DNA of 64,000 nucleotides, from IMG/VR virus record IMGVR_UViG_3300026549_000056, positions 1-64,000 of that record, one strand, 5' to 3'. Positions within the stretch are counted from its first letter, which is position 1. The number at the start of each line of letters is the position of its first letter. The notes under the pieces are model-generated. The model was not told the DNA's origin, ran no database searches, and was given only the letters and a program-made list of their open reading frames with translations. Origin of the DNA: a virus. Lineage: Duplodnaviria; Caudoviricetes. This document shows positions 29,604-41,445 of the stretch, piece by piece. Made by a program: the position numbers and the translations under genes.

Positions 29604-30158
29604 TCAGATTTTTTCTTTGAGCTTGGATTTATATTTCTTATGCAATTCTTTCTGATCCTAGTTAATTACAGTTAAATCAAAAGCAACAGATTTCAAATGA
29701 ATAAGGTGTCTTTCTGCATTTTTTATTTCTTCGTCTACATCACAGATATACTACTTAATAAAAAATGCGGCGGCCGCGTCTCCAAGTGACATTAGATCTT
29801 GATAAGCCTTCGTATAAACCTAGCGACTACGTTTCTACCACTTTACCCAAAAGCTAAGACTCTATTTAACTGCGGCAGCCTTGCTCTAAGGATCTACCTA
29901 TTCTCGTGTGGCACTATACATAGACTACGGTATAACATCAATTTTGGCGGGTGCCGCATGTAAAATCTTCCCGCAGTGATTAATATAATAGCTTTCAAGC
30001 TTTCTATATGCACATATTTCCTATTGAAAGTGATATTCTTGACATTTCTTATAGCCATGAAGATTTAGAAAATCATAATAATTAGCCAAGTCCTCATGCA
30101 TCATTAATCCTTGAAGTTGTCTTTCTGCTATTGATTTAAAAACTTCTTCTACTGTCAT
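29604..30158 (-). CDS. ferritin-like four-helix protein with 9 in-frame TAG codons
   Basis: continuous 184-codon frame; MHEDLANYYDFL...HFQ*E...KW*K...DVDEE. Confidence 0.65.
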
Positions 30159-30370
30159 TGTTCAAGTCTCTCCAATCTTTGTAAAATTTGTTGTAGCATA
30201 GCGTTTTGTTTATCTAAGTCTAACTATAATTGACTAACTATAGCACTTTGTTTTTGGTTCAGTTCTTCTATCACATCATCAGAAGTAGACTGCTCTAAAT
30301 TTTCTTTATAGTTGACAAGAGTAAGAGCAACGCTTAAAATTGTTAGAAAGTCTAAATATTTATCATTCAT
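30155..30370 (-). CDS. small coiled-coil protein (one TAG)
   Basis: ATGA-coupled to its neighbour. Confidence 0.55.
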
Positions 30371-30783
30371 TAACAAATTTTAGTAACTACAACATCAATA
30401 GCATCATATGTTGCAGGTTCTCCCGCGTTAATGATATTTACATTAGTCGGAGCTGCACATACGTTACAGGGGCAATTATTATGACCTACTTGAACAAGAG
30501 TGGTAAAACTTAACGGGTATATTGTTGAAGTATCTGCGGCGGTCGCTGTGGAAACGCTATTAGGTTGCAGCACGTCGTCTTTTTGAAGCTGGATTGTGAT
30601 ATCTCCAGCGGTTTCCGCATTTGCAGATGCAGAAACGCAGACTTCATATATACCACATTTATTGAATTGAAGTGTAGCAGTCCCTTGCTTTTCTACCGTA
30701 GCTCCTTTTAAGAGAGCTACATTATTAAGCGGAATTGGTGTATTCGCTGCTACAGTGATATTTCTACTATATGTTTCAATCAT
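30370..30783 (-). CDS. beta-rich hypothetical protein
   Basis: AGGAG RBS; part of the 29.6-32.2 kb cassette. Confidence 0.65.
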   Translation of the reverse strand: MIETYSRNITVAANTPIPLNNVALLKGATVEKQGTATLQFNKCGIYEVCVSASANAETAGDITIQLQKDDVLQPNSVSTATAADTSTIYPLSFTTLVQVGHNNCPCNVCAAPTNVNIINAGEPATYDAIDVVVTKIC

Positions 30784-30885
30784 TTTCTTCTCCTATTGCG
30801 GCAGCCCTACCAAATCTAGTATTTTATGGTTAGTTTTTTACCAGATTTAGTGACCTGCCGCGCTCATCTACATGGTCTATTAGGA

Positions 30886-31584
30886 TTACATATTTGCGGC
30901 GGCGCAGCCACATCCACAGAAAGGATTAACCCCTGCAAAATATGTGGATGCAGATGGATAACGTACCACACCAGCGACTGCATTTTGAAGCTGTAAAGCG
31001 TTCACTTGCTGTTGTAGATCAGCAATTCTGTTACCCTGAATTGCATCAAGAATCTTTTGAGTCTGTGCAGTAGTGTTTTCATTGATGCTTGCAGTATTAA
31101 GGGCAGCTTCATATCTATTTTGCTGAATTGCATTAGTAATGCCTGCGCCCTGTTGTGCAATCTGCATCTTTGTATCACAGCAGCACTGGTTCTGATTTGC
31201 CAGTGCATTAGCCTGACCAACAGCAAGACCAGCCACATCTCTCTGAAGCTCGGAATATTTATCAGAAAGTGCGTTTACGGTGTCGTGGAAAGTCTGGTTT
31301 GTTGCAGCAATAGACTGAGCTGTCCCGCTATTGACTGCGGCGAGAATTTCTCTCTCATTAGCCATTGTATTCTGGTTATCAAAGCCTCTCTGAACTTCAT
31401 TAGAGGTTGCAAGGTTCTCATAACCAATTGCATTTGCGAAGTTATTATTACCCCAGCCTCCGAAGCCGCCACCTGCGAGAAGTAGTAATGCGAAAACCCA
31501 GAAGAATCCGCTATCTCCACCCCACATACTATCTTTATTACCATTGAGTAATGCAATATCGGCAGCACTTAAATTTGTATCCAT
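30886..31584 (-). CDS. Gly-rich TM + coiled-coil protein of a conserved gut-phage cassette
   Basis: GGGFGGWG, QCCCDTK, TQKILD, GCGC motifs. Confidence 0.7.
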   Translation of the reverse strand: MDTNLSAADIALLNGNKDSMWGGDSGFFWVFALLLLAGGGFGGWGNNNFANAIGYENLATSNEVQRGFDNQNTMANEREILAAVNSGTAQSIAATNQTFHDTVNALSDKYSELQRDVAGLAVGQANALANQNQCCCDTKMQIAQQGAGITNAIQQNRYEAALNTASINENTTAQTQKILDAIQGNRIADLQQQVNALQLQNAVAGVVRYPSASTYFAGVNPFCGCGCAAANM

Positions 31585-31585
31585 A

Positions 31586-31846
31586 TTAATCTCCTTTTAA
31601 CATATTTAAGATTTCATTAGGATCGACACCACGCTAATCTGCTAATTTATAAAAAGCAGACTTAGCATCTCCACCGTTCTGATTAATAAAGTCCATTACT
31701 TGTTTCATTTGAGGATTTTGCATCATCATATTCTATATCAACATTTGTGGATTTTTAGCATTTTTAAACATATTAGCCATTTGCTTTATTTGATTCAGGT
31801 TTGATGGTAGTGATCTTCCTAGTTGATTTAACATCGGATTGTTCAT
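31586..31846 (-). CDS. Met/Gln-rich small protein (two TAG)
   Basis: GGDAKSAFYKLAD*RGVDPNEIL. Confidence 0.55.
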
Positions 31847-32150
31847 TAATTATTTCCTCCAATCTAGCGATTCGTGCCTACAACGACTTGGTGTCAACTG
31901 GTTTCTATGGCTCATATGGCGCAATAGTATAGGGAGTACATGTCTTGTATCCAGCCCCATCTGATTGAACTAACCAGACAAGAGGAGCTGATACGTCTAA
32001 GAGCAACGCGCTACTATTAGGCGCCAGCTGGTACGCCTGAGCACCATTCTGTCCATTGATACGAACAACTTCTTGTTTCATCATAGACCCAGATGAATAA
32101 GGCAATTGAGTGGCGGCCGCGCCGTTGAAGTAAGGACTATAGTTATACAA
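31773..32150 (-). CDS. hypothetical protein (two TAG)
   Basis: frame continues EP*KPVDTKSL*ARIARLEE to TAA. Confidence 0.55.
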
Positions 32151-32323
32151 TTTCTTTCACTCCTTTACAAAATAATTAATTTCCTTTCCTTTCTATTGTA
32201 ATAGGAGTTTTATCGTTGATAATTTAATCCTTGGCGTTGGAAGATTATTATGAATACAAAAGCTTTTAATGCACAAAAAAATAGGGGAGCGCTGAAATAT
32301 GCACTCCCCTATATCTATGTCAA

Positions 32324-32473
32324 TTATGCAACGTAATCTTCACCAGTAATTTCTTTATACTCGGCTTCGGTAATTCCGAGTTTACGACCTACTAGATTAT
32401 GGAGTTTATCCTTAGAAATCATTCCAAGATCATAGTAACTTTTCCACATTTCAAATTTCTTACTGTGATTCAT
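32324..32473 (-). CDS. XkdX-family protein
   Basis: KSYYDLG...ITEAEYKEITGEDY. Confidence 0.7.
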   Translation of the reverse strand: MNHSKKFEMWKSYYDLGMISKDKLHNLVGRKLGITEAEYKEITGEDYVA

Positions 32474-32486
32474 ACTTTACTCCTTA

Positions 32487-32840
32487 TCAAAGTTCAACAT
32501 CATTCATTGCTGCAATATATTCAATGTTTGCCTTGTTTTTAAGCACGTCTGCCGCCAATTCTGTCCCTCTTGTTAGAGTGAGCTTGTAGCAGTTTACATT
32601 TCCGCCCTCTGTTGCAATAGGGAGTTCTTTAATTTCATTGTTTTTTAAAGTAGTGAAATTAAGAACTGTTTTAATAATAGAACCATCATCATTTTTTAGT
32701 GATACTTTTGGCTGATTAATTACTTGTTTTGCTAAAGTATCTTTATTAGCAGCTTCCTGTGGAATATATACATCTAATTCAGTGTCAGTCACACCATAGT
32801 TTAATACCTTATATTGATTAGAACCAAAAACTACTACCAT
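32487..32840 (-). CDS. tail-fibre chaperone-like protein
   Basis: C-terminal ANIEYIAAMNDVEL; adjacent to XkdX-family gene. Confidence 0.55.
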   Translation of the reverse strand: MVVVFGSNQYKVLNYGVTDTELDVYIPQEAANKDTLAKQVINQPKVSLKNDDGSIIKTVLNFTTLKNNEIKELPIATEGGNVNCYKLTLTRGTELAADVLKNKANIEYIAAMNDVEL

Positions 32841-32854
32841 TGATTGTTCTCCTT

Positions 32855-33062
32855 TTAGTCAATTGATTGGACTAGCGAGGCTTGATGGTCTATCAAACCG
32901 TACACAAAGTCTCTATAAAAATCATCATCTACATGATGAAGTGTATCCTAATTATTGAATTGTGTCAATCTGCCTCTGAATGACATATAGCTTTGTCCGC
33001 CTTGGTGTAAAGTCATTGTTCCTTCTGATATTCTTGCTCCAAGTTTATGTAAAAATCTACTG
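32855..33062 (-). pseudogene. DGR reverse transcriptase, C-terminal remnant
   Basis: RFLHKLGARISEGTMTLHQGGQSYMSFRGRLTQFNN*DTLHHVDDDFYRDF resembles the DGR-RT C-terminus. Confidence 0.6.
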
Positions 33063-33186
33063 ATCTAATTTTATCTTTTACTCCAAAATTTCTTAATGCT
33101 AATTGAATAAGGGATTGATCTGCCATTACAGCATCGTAATGGTAGTCAATCTCAGATTCAGACCTATTTCTTATAGGAACTGACAT
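33063..33186 (-). pseudogene. avd: DGR accessory (Avd-like) gene, 5' remnant
   Basis: AAGGAG RBS; MSVPIRNRSES...LALRNFGVKDKIR. Confidence 0.6.
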
Positions 33187-33248
33187 ATATATTCTCCTTT
33201 TAACTCATTTTTATATCTATTATTTGGTAGTACCATTTGGTACCTGAA

Positions 33249-34067
33249 TTATCCAAAGAGTACCTTAGGCACAACGCCAATAGTATCCGACGCGGCACGG
33301 TAGTCGGCATAGCCACGGCCGGCGACATGAGCAAAAAGCGTAGAACTCGCCACCGCACAAAGCCACCAGTCGCAGCGGCTATTATCTTCTGGATTAAGTT
33401 TAACTAAAAGTTCTGGATTCATTGCAAAACCAGGCAGTTGTCTATTAGATTCACCGACATCATGAGCATTGCCCCAAATAGATGAGCCATATACGTCAAC
33501 TTCACTTAGAAGTCTGCAATTGGTATCCGTCCAACACCAGGTAGAAGTGCAACCTGACCATCCGCTATATCCAGCAGCAGTAGCAGTTGTATTAATACTA
33601 TTCGATATTAAGCTTCTCCACGTTAAAATATGAGAATCTAAAGCGGTAGAAATTTTGGTAGCAAATTCTGGAAGGTGAGTCTTAAACATCTCTGATTCCA
33701 GATAGGCACCTTCTGTAGTATTTGTGCCATTCATCTGAGCAGTTCCAAGTATATCCTTAGGTACAAGAACAAGATGATGACTAGTTAACTACGTATCATC
33801 ATCATGAATATACCAATCAATAGCCATAACTATAAACCTAACTAGTTTGCTATCAATATTTACTCTGATCTCATCACCAACATAAATATCAGAGAAATTG
33901 CCTGCATTAACTAGAGCTTGAAGTTGTGAAAGTGTATAAGGCGCAGTTCCTCCAGTTGTATCAACTAGAACCTTACCTCTGTAAATAGCATTGTGGCTCG
34001 CAACTTGCTGATAGGCATCTGTCACAATATTCTTTTCATTTTTGACAATATTAGCTAAACCTGCCAT
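33249..34067 (-). CDS. DGR target protein (CLec/DUF6273-like), TAG at 33789
   Basis: two track ORFs in one frame; GC-rich 3' variable region WWL...FAHV..G.A...AS...GV.P with a run of NNY codons. Confidence 0.75.
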
Positions 34068-34087
34068 TTAAATTTATCTCCTTTTAC

Positions 34088-34675
34088 TCAATTCTTCACA
34101 CAAATTACAAAAGGTGTATTGATCTTAACTTTAGAGTAAAGTGTTAAAGCTGTATCATTTGCAACAATAAAATCAACATCGTTAAATGCTTCCCTTTGCG
34201 CTGCGCTAGGTACTGTATTACTTCCACCCGGAATTAGCATGATAGTAGGGTGATCTCCATGACCAGCTGACATAGTTACAGATTTGCTATAATAAGCACC
34301 ATCATCGCCAGTCAGAGTGGTAGTTGTAGTAGACCAAGTTGCTGTAATTTCTACAGACTCACTAGAACTAAGTGCTTGTGTGATAGCCGCCTGTGTCATA
34401 GTACCATCCGTATTACTACCAGTAGAAGTATATACTTTAGTCACGCCCGCGACAGTTGGGGACGCAGTATTGATTGTGGTCTTGGCGTTATCAATAGCTT
34501 GTGTGATAGCCGCCTGTGTCATAGTACCATCAGTATTACTACCAGTAGAAGTATACGCCTTCAGAATACCTGCAATAGTGGCGCTAGCTTCTTTAACAGT
34601 AGAACCGATTGGGTAAGGAGTAGACCAGCCTCCATCTTTCGTGTAAACAGAAATAGCTGTTATTTTTTTAGCCAT
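34088..34675 (-). CDS. virion protein with internal duplication
   Basis: YTSTGSNTDGTMTQAAITQA occurs twice. Confidence 0.65.
   Translation of the reverse strand: MAKKITAISVYTKDGGWSTPYPIGSTVKEASATIAGILKAYTSTGSNTDGTMTQAAITQAIDNAKTTINTASPTVAGVTKVYTSTGSNTDGTMTQAAITQALSSSESVEITATWSTTTTTLTGDDGAYYSKSVTMSAGHGDHPTIMLIPGGSNTVPSAAQREAFNDVDFIVANDTALTLYSKVKINTPFVICVKN
34374..34555. repeat. direct repeat, two copies of about 59 nt, 123-nt period
   Basis: 34374-34432 and 34497-34555 differ at one base. Confidence 0.8.
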
Positions 34676-34844
34676 CTGGTTATATCCTCCTTATTACTCC
34701 TAGTTCACATCCTTGATAACAAACCAGACTGATCCATCAGAAAAATCGGTCTGATTAACATTTGGAGCCTCAGCCCCAGGTTTCTTCTAAGCTACGATAT
34801 ATTCTCTATTTTCTAGCTCAGACATTAATTCTTTCAGATTCATA

Positions 34845-35051
34845 TTAATCCTCCGTCACAACAAACCACATTGATCCAGGAGAAAAAATACCATTAGTAT
34901 GATTAGCAGGAGCATTACCAGTAAAATACTCATTCTTTAAATTACTATCAAGAATGGTATGTCTATGAAGCACTTCCACTGCTCTTCTCTCTAAATCAAC
35001 ATAATCTTTTATTTGCTTAGTAGCAATTACTTCCTCAGGCCAAGCGCTCAT
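34845..35051 (-). CDS. small tail-module protein
   Basis: AGGAGG RBS; GSMWFVV C-terminus similar to neighbours. Confidence 0.55.
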   Translation of the reverse strand: MSAWPEEVIATKQIKDYVDLERRAVEVLHRHTILDSNLKNEYFTGNAPANHTNGIFSPGSMWFVVTED

Positions 35052-35428
35052 GATAATACCTCCTGGATATTAAACCCATTACTGTTCTCTTTTATAGAAA
35101 TCTGCTTTGACTTTTTTAACGTTTCTTGCCCATTCTCTACCCAATAGAGTCTTTGAGTAATGGAATCGGCATCTGTATTAATATTAGTTTTAACTCTATA
35201 AAATTTTAATGCACTAGGCGTTGCATAATCCTCAACAATAGTAATGCTCTCATCATCATTCTAAATAATATTAACGGCATGGTCTTGCCCTAGTTTTAAT
35301 TCTCTCTCTAGAGTAAGACCACTAAGCATATCAACATACTCGCCATCAACACCAAAAGGAAGATAATCAGAGAATGAGTTACTACCAGTCTTTTGTCTTT
35401 CGCCCTTAATCGTTCTAATAGTAGCCAT
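35048..35428 (-). CDS. tail-module protein (TAG read-through)
   Basis: AAGGAG RBS; ATGA-coupled to 34845-35051. Confidence 0.55.
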
Positions 35429-35449
35429 ATATCTCCTTTTCCTCAGTTA

Positions 35450-35761
35450 TCAGCATCCTACAATATTGATAATTGTACTCTAGGGTGCGTCTTTATTAAA
35501 CACGATTGAACTAATATATAATCCTTGGTCAGATTCATACATACAACTACGCCCCATCTGTATTGTAGCAGTATTAGTCGGCCCAGTTATGACAAAAGAA
35601 AAACCCTATTCACCCTTACTAAGAGGTAGCCAATCTCTCGTGTCAATAGAGATACCAATTCTTACTTTTCCTGCCCCGCCAGCTTTATCGAGAAGACTTG
35701 CGATTGCATTTTCTCCAGCTTTGAAAGGGCCTTTAACTTGATATATCGCAGCCTATTTCAT
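35450..35761 (-). CDS. tail-module protein (TAG read-through)
   Basis: continuous frame only if TAG is sense; IQMGRSCMYE. Confidence 0.55.
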
Positions 35762-38169
35762 TAGTCTTCCCTCGTACTTACTATAAACCAGTATCCATTC
35801 ACATTTAAGTTATTATTCTACTTGTCTGGCGGAACAGCGTTGCTACCTTCCTTGGGCTAGCTAACAAGTAGTGTCCAATTAGGACTAATGCTCTTAGCTT
35901 TTAGGTTTTGTAGTTCATACCATGTGTTCTTACGATAGTCATAAGCGTAAGTTGTAATCTGATCACTTGCATCTTTAATTGTCGCAAGCCAGCCCGCCCT
36001 ATCTGCCATTCGAGGCACTTCTTTACCTGTTGTGTCTTTGTCAAAACCGTAAGGATATTCAGTCTGTAACTGTTTTAGTGAATCAAAACTACTAAAAACA
36101 TGATTACTCTGATAAGCTGCACCAAGATTAATCCAATATAAATTACCTTCGCCATCATCATTACCAGTCGTATTAGTATATTCTGGAATATCATAAAGAG
36201 TGTTCTTCAAAGCATAATCAGAACCAGCTTTATATAGCTTCTTACGAACATCTGGGTCAGAATATAATACAATAATATTATCTCCATACAACTGAATAGA
36301 AGCAATATTATTTAAAGGCAGTTTATTGAATGTATCACTCTGCTTAACTCCATTAACTTTATTATTGTAATTGACTTTTAAATACTTATTAGAATCAAGT
36401 CTACCTTCATTAGTAATTTCAACAGATTCAATAGTCCTCATGAGGGCTAATTCTGTAGAAGTACCATCGTTATAATAAGCAGTTACGATCTTAGTATCGG
36501 GATCACATTCAATTCTATCAACAAACTTGAATTGCTCGTCAATCCACTGAATATCACGACCTTCGTCATCTGTAGTAGGATAAATTTCTTGCCCACTAGC
36601 GTTGATAGAAAAGTCTTTATCAATTACTACATTACCTTGATTATCATGTTTAAACGTATTATAGACAATTCTAATCTTGTCAACCACATGAGATTTACCA
36701 TTGCTATCAACCCATGGCGTATCTACATAGTCTATACGTAAGATACCTGGTGCAGTACCAAGATATACCTGGGCCGCCCCATCAGAATATTTTACATAGA
36801 ATCTACCAGTATTTTCATCATAGATGATATCATCAACAACTCTAATAGCAACAGTCTCATTATCACCATGAGTAAAGTGAACCGTAATTAAATTAGGAGT
36901 GACAATCTCATCATTTACAACCTGCCAAATAACAGTGCCATCTAAAACTGTATTATATCCTGGCGCTATTGTCTTACTCTCAAGACCAGTCAATTCTGCA
37001 CTACCAGTAATACCACTTTGAGTACATTGTAGACATAATCCATTTCCTAGACCGTCAGCAGTTACTCGCTGCCCGACACCATATGTAGTATTTCTAGTAA
37101 CTTTATTTAGCACATTTAGTCCGCGCCCATTATCTGTGATCTTATGGATGGCTCTATTATAGCCATCAATATAAGTCTTAGTGGTCTCGCCCTCTGCGCT
37201 CTTTTCATAGTTCCTAGTAACATAATAATACTGATAATTATGATCACTTTGATCTACATCATTACCATCATTTAAAGTCTTACCAGTTAACTCAAGACCA
37301 AATTTCTCTAGATCTTGACCTCTTACTCCTTTTGGTACTTTAACATCATACTGCCAATAGTAAGGATGAGTTTTAGAAATATCATCTTCCTTAATTAAAT
37401 TAGTATACTTCCAAACCTTTTCAGTTTCATCATAAGCGGCATAACCAGTGTCATAAGGTTCAATACTTTCAGCATGATATTTAAATACATTAGACGGAAT
37501 ATCAACAGAAATAGTAACTCCTGTAATATTTCCATCCTTATCTTTTACATTTACATAACCATACTTAATAACATCAACAATCTCAGACTCTTTAACATTA
37601 CCATTCTCATCAAACGTGGCGGCGGCGATCGGTTTAATATCTGAGCTAGCTTTCTTGCCGTCTCCTGCCTCGTACTCTTTCAGAAATGTTTTCCAATCAA
37701 CTACAGATAATTCGGTCGCCACGCCCTGTGGTCCAACTATCTGGCCAACATATTCAGCACCGCCGCCAGGATTAGTAACAAACTCATTAAATGCAAGTCT
37801 AAACTTATTTGCGTTAAATACTTTATTAGTATTTCCGTCTTTATCAGTAGTAATGTCGTAATATCTTTCAACACCGCTACTATCTTTATCATTCTTTTCT
37901 ATTGAATAGTCACTATTGACATTCAAATTATTAGGATTGAAAGGTTCAAGATAATTCAATCCTCTTCGGTAAATAATACCATTCTAAGGGCTATTATAGT
38001 GATTCTTATTGGCTATTGTATCAATAATAACATACTCACCATAGTTTACAGTATTATAACTACCACCCTTCTGGAAGGCATCGACCATTTCCTTGATACT
38101 ATCGTAGTGTGCGACTAGTCTATAAGTGGTACCTGGCTTGCCACCATACATACTATATTGAAGTGCCAT
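35761..38169 (-). CDS. large tail/baseplate protein (802 aa with TAG read-through)
   Basis: track ORFs 37984-38169 and 35857-37959 share a frame, separated only by TAG. Confidence 0.7.
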
Positions 38170-38519
38170 TATTTACTCTCCTTCCATCTCCAATGCTTGC
38201 CCGCAGCTGTCTTACATTTCACTTTGCAAACTGAAGAAATCATTGAAATAGAAATATGATTTTCTTCCGCTGCCTCAGTCATCGTTCTGTAAACTTTTCC
38301 TGTTTCTATACAAATAACTGATTTGGGGCAACCACCGCCTCGATGATAATCTTTATATTTTTCAGACATTTCTTCTAAATCTATATCTTCTATATTAGCA
38401 GTATCTACATACGCCCAATGTAAAGGATTTCCACCACTTTGACCAATGTATATTTTGCCATTAATCTTATTAATATGGGTATATATAAGAAAATGCCTGT
38501 CTTTATTCTAGTCTTCCAT
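38169..38519 (-). pseudogene. GIY-YIG/NUMOD1 endonuclease with in-frame deletion of the catalytic core
   Basis: IYTHINKINGKIYIGQS joined directly to GNPLHWAY, then KSVICIETGKVY...KTAAGKHW. Confidence 0.6.
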
Positions 38520-38530
38520 ATATACCCTCC

Positions 38531-39301
38531 TTAGGCTTCATCCCACGCATAATCTAGAATGAACTGATCTATATTACTAGCTGATGATCCATTCGGATTA
38601 GCAAAACCTACAAATGTAATTGGAACGCCATTATTAATTTCCCACGTTCCTGTCCTACCTATTCTAATTGGTTCTCTATTAACACAAATTAATGATCCAG
38701 GTCTACTTTGAATACCAATTTTATCCACAGATGATCTAGGTAAGATATTATTAACAATCGCAATGTCGCCATTTTCTCCAAAATCAATATTGGCCCTAAT
38801 ATCATCACGCGGCACCGCCTCTAGATAATCATAAGTTGTTCTACTAAGAATAAATCCAAGATAAGGATAAATTGCATTAGAAGTGAACATAGTTTCAAAA
38901 GAAAAGTATTCTGTATTAACTCCAGGAATATAAGGTTCAACTGCGATACTATTTTCAATAATTTGATAAGTACCTCTCTCATATTCGCCATTAGAACTAG
39001 ACCCATCATGCTTAAGAAGCTCTAACTTAATAACCATTTCTCTTGGATCGTTGCTATCTTTAGTCATTGGATAAGTAGTAGCACTAAACCTAGGATCGTT
39101 ATATGGAATTCGTTTAATAGAAAATCTTAAATAATAAGTATTATTAGTATTAAAATTGCCATTATTACTTAATCTAATGGCATAATCTTCAAATAACTTT
39201 ACCGCATATCCTTCTGTCTTTACTGTCGTAGCAGACCAAGACAGATCAGTTAGATATGAAGTTGTATTGTTCTTCCTTAATTGGCCTATCTTATATGACA
39301 T
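38531..39301 (-). CDS. baseplate/tail protein
   Basis: KIGIQSRPGSLICVNREPIRIGRTG motif; position in tail module. Confidence 0.65.
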   Translation of the reverse strand: MSYKIGQLRKNNTTSYLTDLSWSATTVKTEGYAVKLFEDYAIRLSNNGNFNTNNTYYLRFSIKRIPYNDPRFSATTYPMTKDSNDPREMVIKLELLKHDGSSSNGEYERGTYQIIENSIAVEPYIPGVNTEYFSFETMFTSNAIYPYLGFILSRTTYDYLEAVPRDDIRANIDFGENGDIAIVNNILPRSSVDKIGIQSRPGSLICVNREPIRIGRTGTWEINNGVPITFVGFANPNGSSASNIDQFILDYAWDEA

Positions 39302-39321
39302 GTCAAACTCCTTTTATCTCG

Positions 39322-41430
39322 TTAAATCTTCTGCTTGCATTGATATGCTGATATATTCATGCTAGACTCAACGTCAAGTGGCAACGAAATACTAGAAATC
39401 ATAAACTAGCCATTAATTCCGGCAGCATCATCGCGGACAGTTATTCTAGTATTTGGCTCAAGATAATAGATAGGAATCGCGCTAATTGTAATAGACTGAT
39501 TCATATTCGTATATTGATATAACATATCACAAATACGTTCATAACAAGAATTCTGACTGCCACCGATAGTCAATAGACTATAGATAGTGGAGTCAACCTG
39601 TACCCAATCTTGTCCTGCTGCATCACACTCTCTCTTTTCCTATTGTATATCTGCTTCATTTTGATTAATATCAATGAATACTAAATCTGGCACTTCCTGT
39701 TCAAATACACAATTAATCTAGTCCTATTGTACAACTACACCGCGGCGCCCAATATTATCAACACTGTATTCACCGACTTCAGCAGTATCATCAATCATAT
39801 CAAGCCAAAAATCTATACCACTTGGATTTTCCTTTACACTATCATAGAATTGCTGTGTTTTTAAATTAAATAGCTTAGGCCATTCATTTAATAACTCAGC
39901 AAAATAATAAGGTTGGTCAGTACCAGTATCTTGAGCTTCGATCCCCTCATAGTAGAGTTCCTATCTCCAATCTACTGTTGTGACCATACAATCGTCTTGT
40001 TTAACTTGATAATATCCTCTATCCTTGCTCCACCTATAAAATTGTCTATTATCTAAATTGCCAACAATATATAAAGTAGCTTCTGCTCCTGGATTAGGAA
40101 ACTCAGATGTACTGTTGTAGGTGAACGTAAACTCGGCGCCCGCCCTTGTAATTCCATAATTGTCCTCGTAAAAATTCACATAGTGTTCTTGTCCTATTTC
40201 AGGTTTATGGTCAATAGCAAGGTGATAGCGAACAGGTATTTCAGTCTCACCATCTGCGCTTTTTCTTACACCCCATACCATATAATCGTTTTTGACATTA
40301 CTATATGCAGGGGCATTTGTAACAGCACTAATTAACTTAGTTCCTTCAAAAGTGTAGACTGACTTACCACTTGAAAAGTCAACATCATAACTAGGACTTT
40401 CATTTAATTTATTCATTACTGTTGTGGTATAAGTAGTATTTAGATAGTTTTTGATCTCTTGAAAATGAAAATTGCCATAGACATCATAAAAATATTCAAA
40501 ATTACCTAATACAGCAATAATTTTATCAAGCACGCTTGTGACTGTATCTCCAGGATTGCATGTTAATTCTCCTGGATAGACAAAATCGGTGAGAACAAAA
40601 CCTATATCATCACCATATTCAAAAGTGACTATATCTGATTCATCCTGACCAGTGGCGGCGGCCGCGTTAAGTGCTTCGGTTTGATCTAGGAAGAACCGAC
40701 GTGTTGTAACTGTTCCCCCTGTCGTCTCTAAGTAATAGATAGGATTACTACCAGTATATTTCATAACTTGTTTAATTTTATCATCAATATCTTCGATGAC
40801 AATCTTCGCCGCGTCCTCCGCCCCAAAGTGATTAACAAGCTAGAAAATAATCTGACTAATTAAAGGCTTCTAAATATCGCCATTACTATCTTCTTTTTCT
40901 GAGAAAGTGACTGAGGCAGGAATGACTCCACCTGCATCTCCATTTAATAAGCACATTTTATCTTTTAGCGAGATAGAAATAGTTACACCTTGTTGCACTT
41001 GATGTGAAATACTTGGATCAAAGATTACAAATATTCCAAGTGGAAACCATATAATATCTCCATACAACTCTTTATAATTGACATAATGATGAGTAATCTC
41101 GTGAGTCTTCTCATCTCTTGTATCATACATATAAGTAGGCACAGTATTTCTAAAACCGATCTCTAGTTTTACTTTTCTATTGATAGACAAATCCTGGTCA
41201 ATATGGCTAAGATCATTCTCCTTCTATTCTGCGAACATAGTAAAACTTGCAGTTCTACGCACAGAAGAAGTACCATCTAGGGTAAGCGAACCAGATATAG
41301 CTTTCCCTTGTATTTCTGATACAGCTTCCTCAGTCCAAGATAAAACAGTTAGACGAACAAACTGTTCTTTTAATCTAAGTTCGTCTAACTGTTTGAGGAA
41401 ATACTGATCCTTTAAAAAATCATAGGTCAT
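39322..41430 (-). CDS. baseplate hub/Tal-like protein (702 aa with TAG read-through)
   Basis: three track ORFs plus unlisted segments in one frame; GNFEYFYDVYGNFHFQEIKNY. Confidence 0.7.
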
Positions 41431-41445
41431 AATCTCCTCCTATCA

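Noticed and set aside
34374-34555. Direct repeat as a DGR TR/VR pair or CRISPR array
   Set aside because: Both copies are in frame inside one gene with a single synonymous difference; there is no repeat-spacer series
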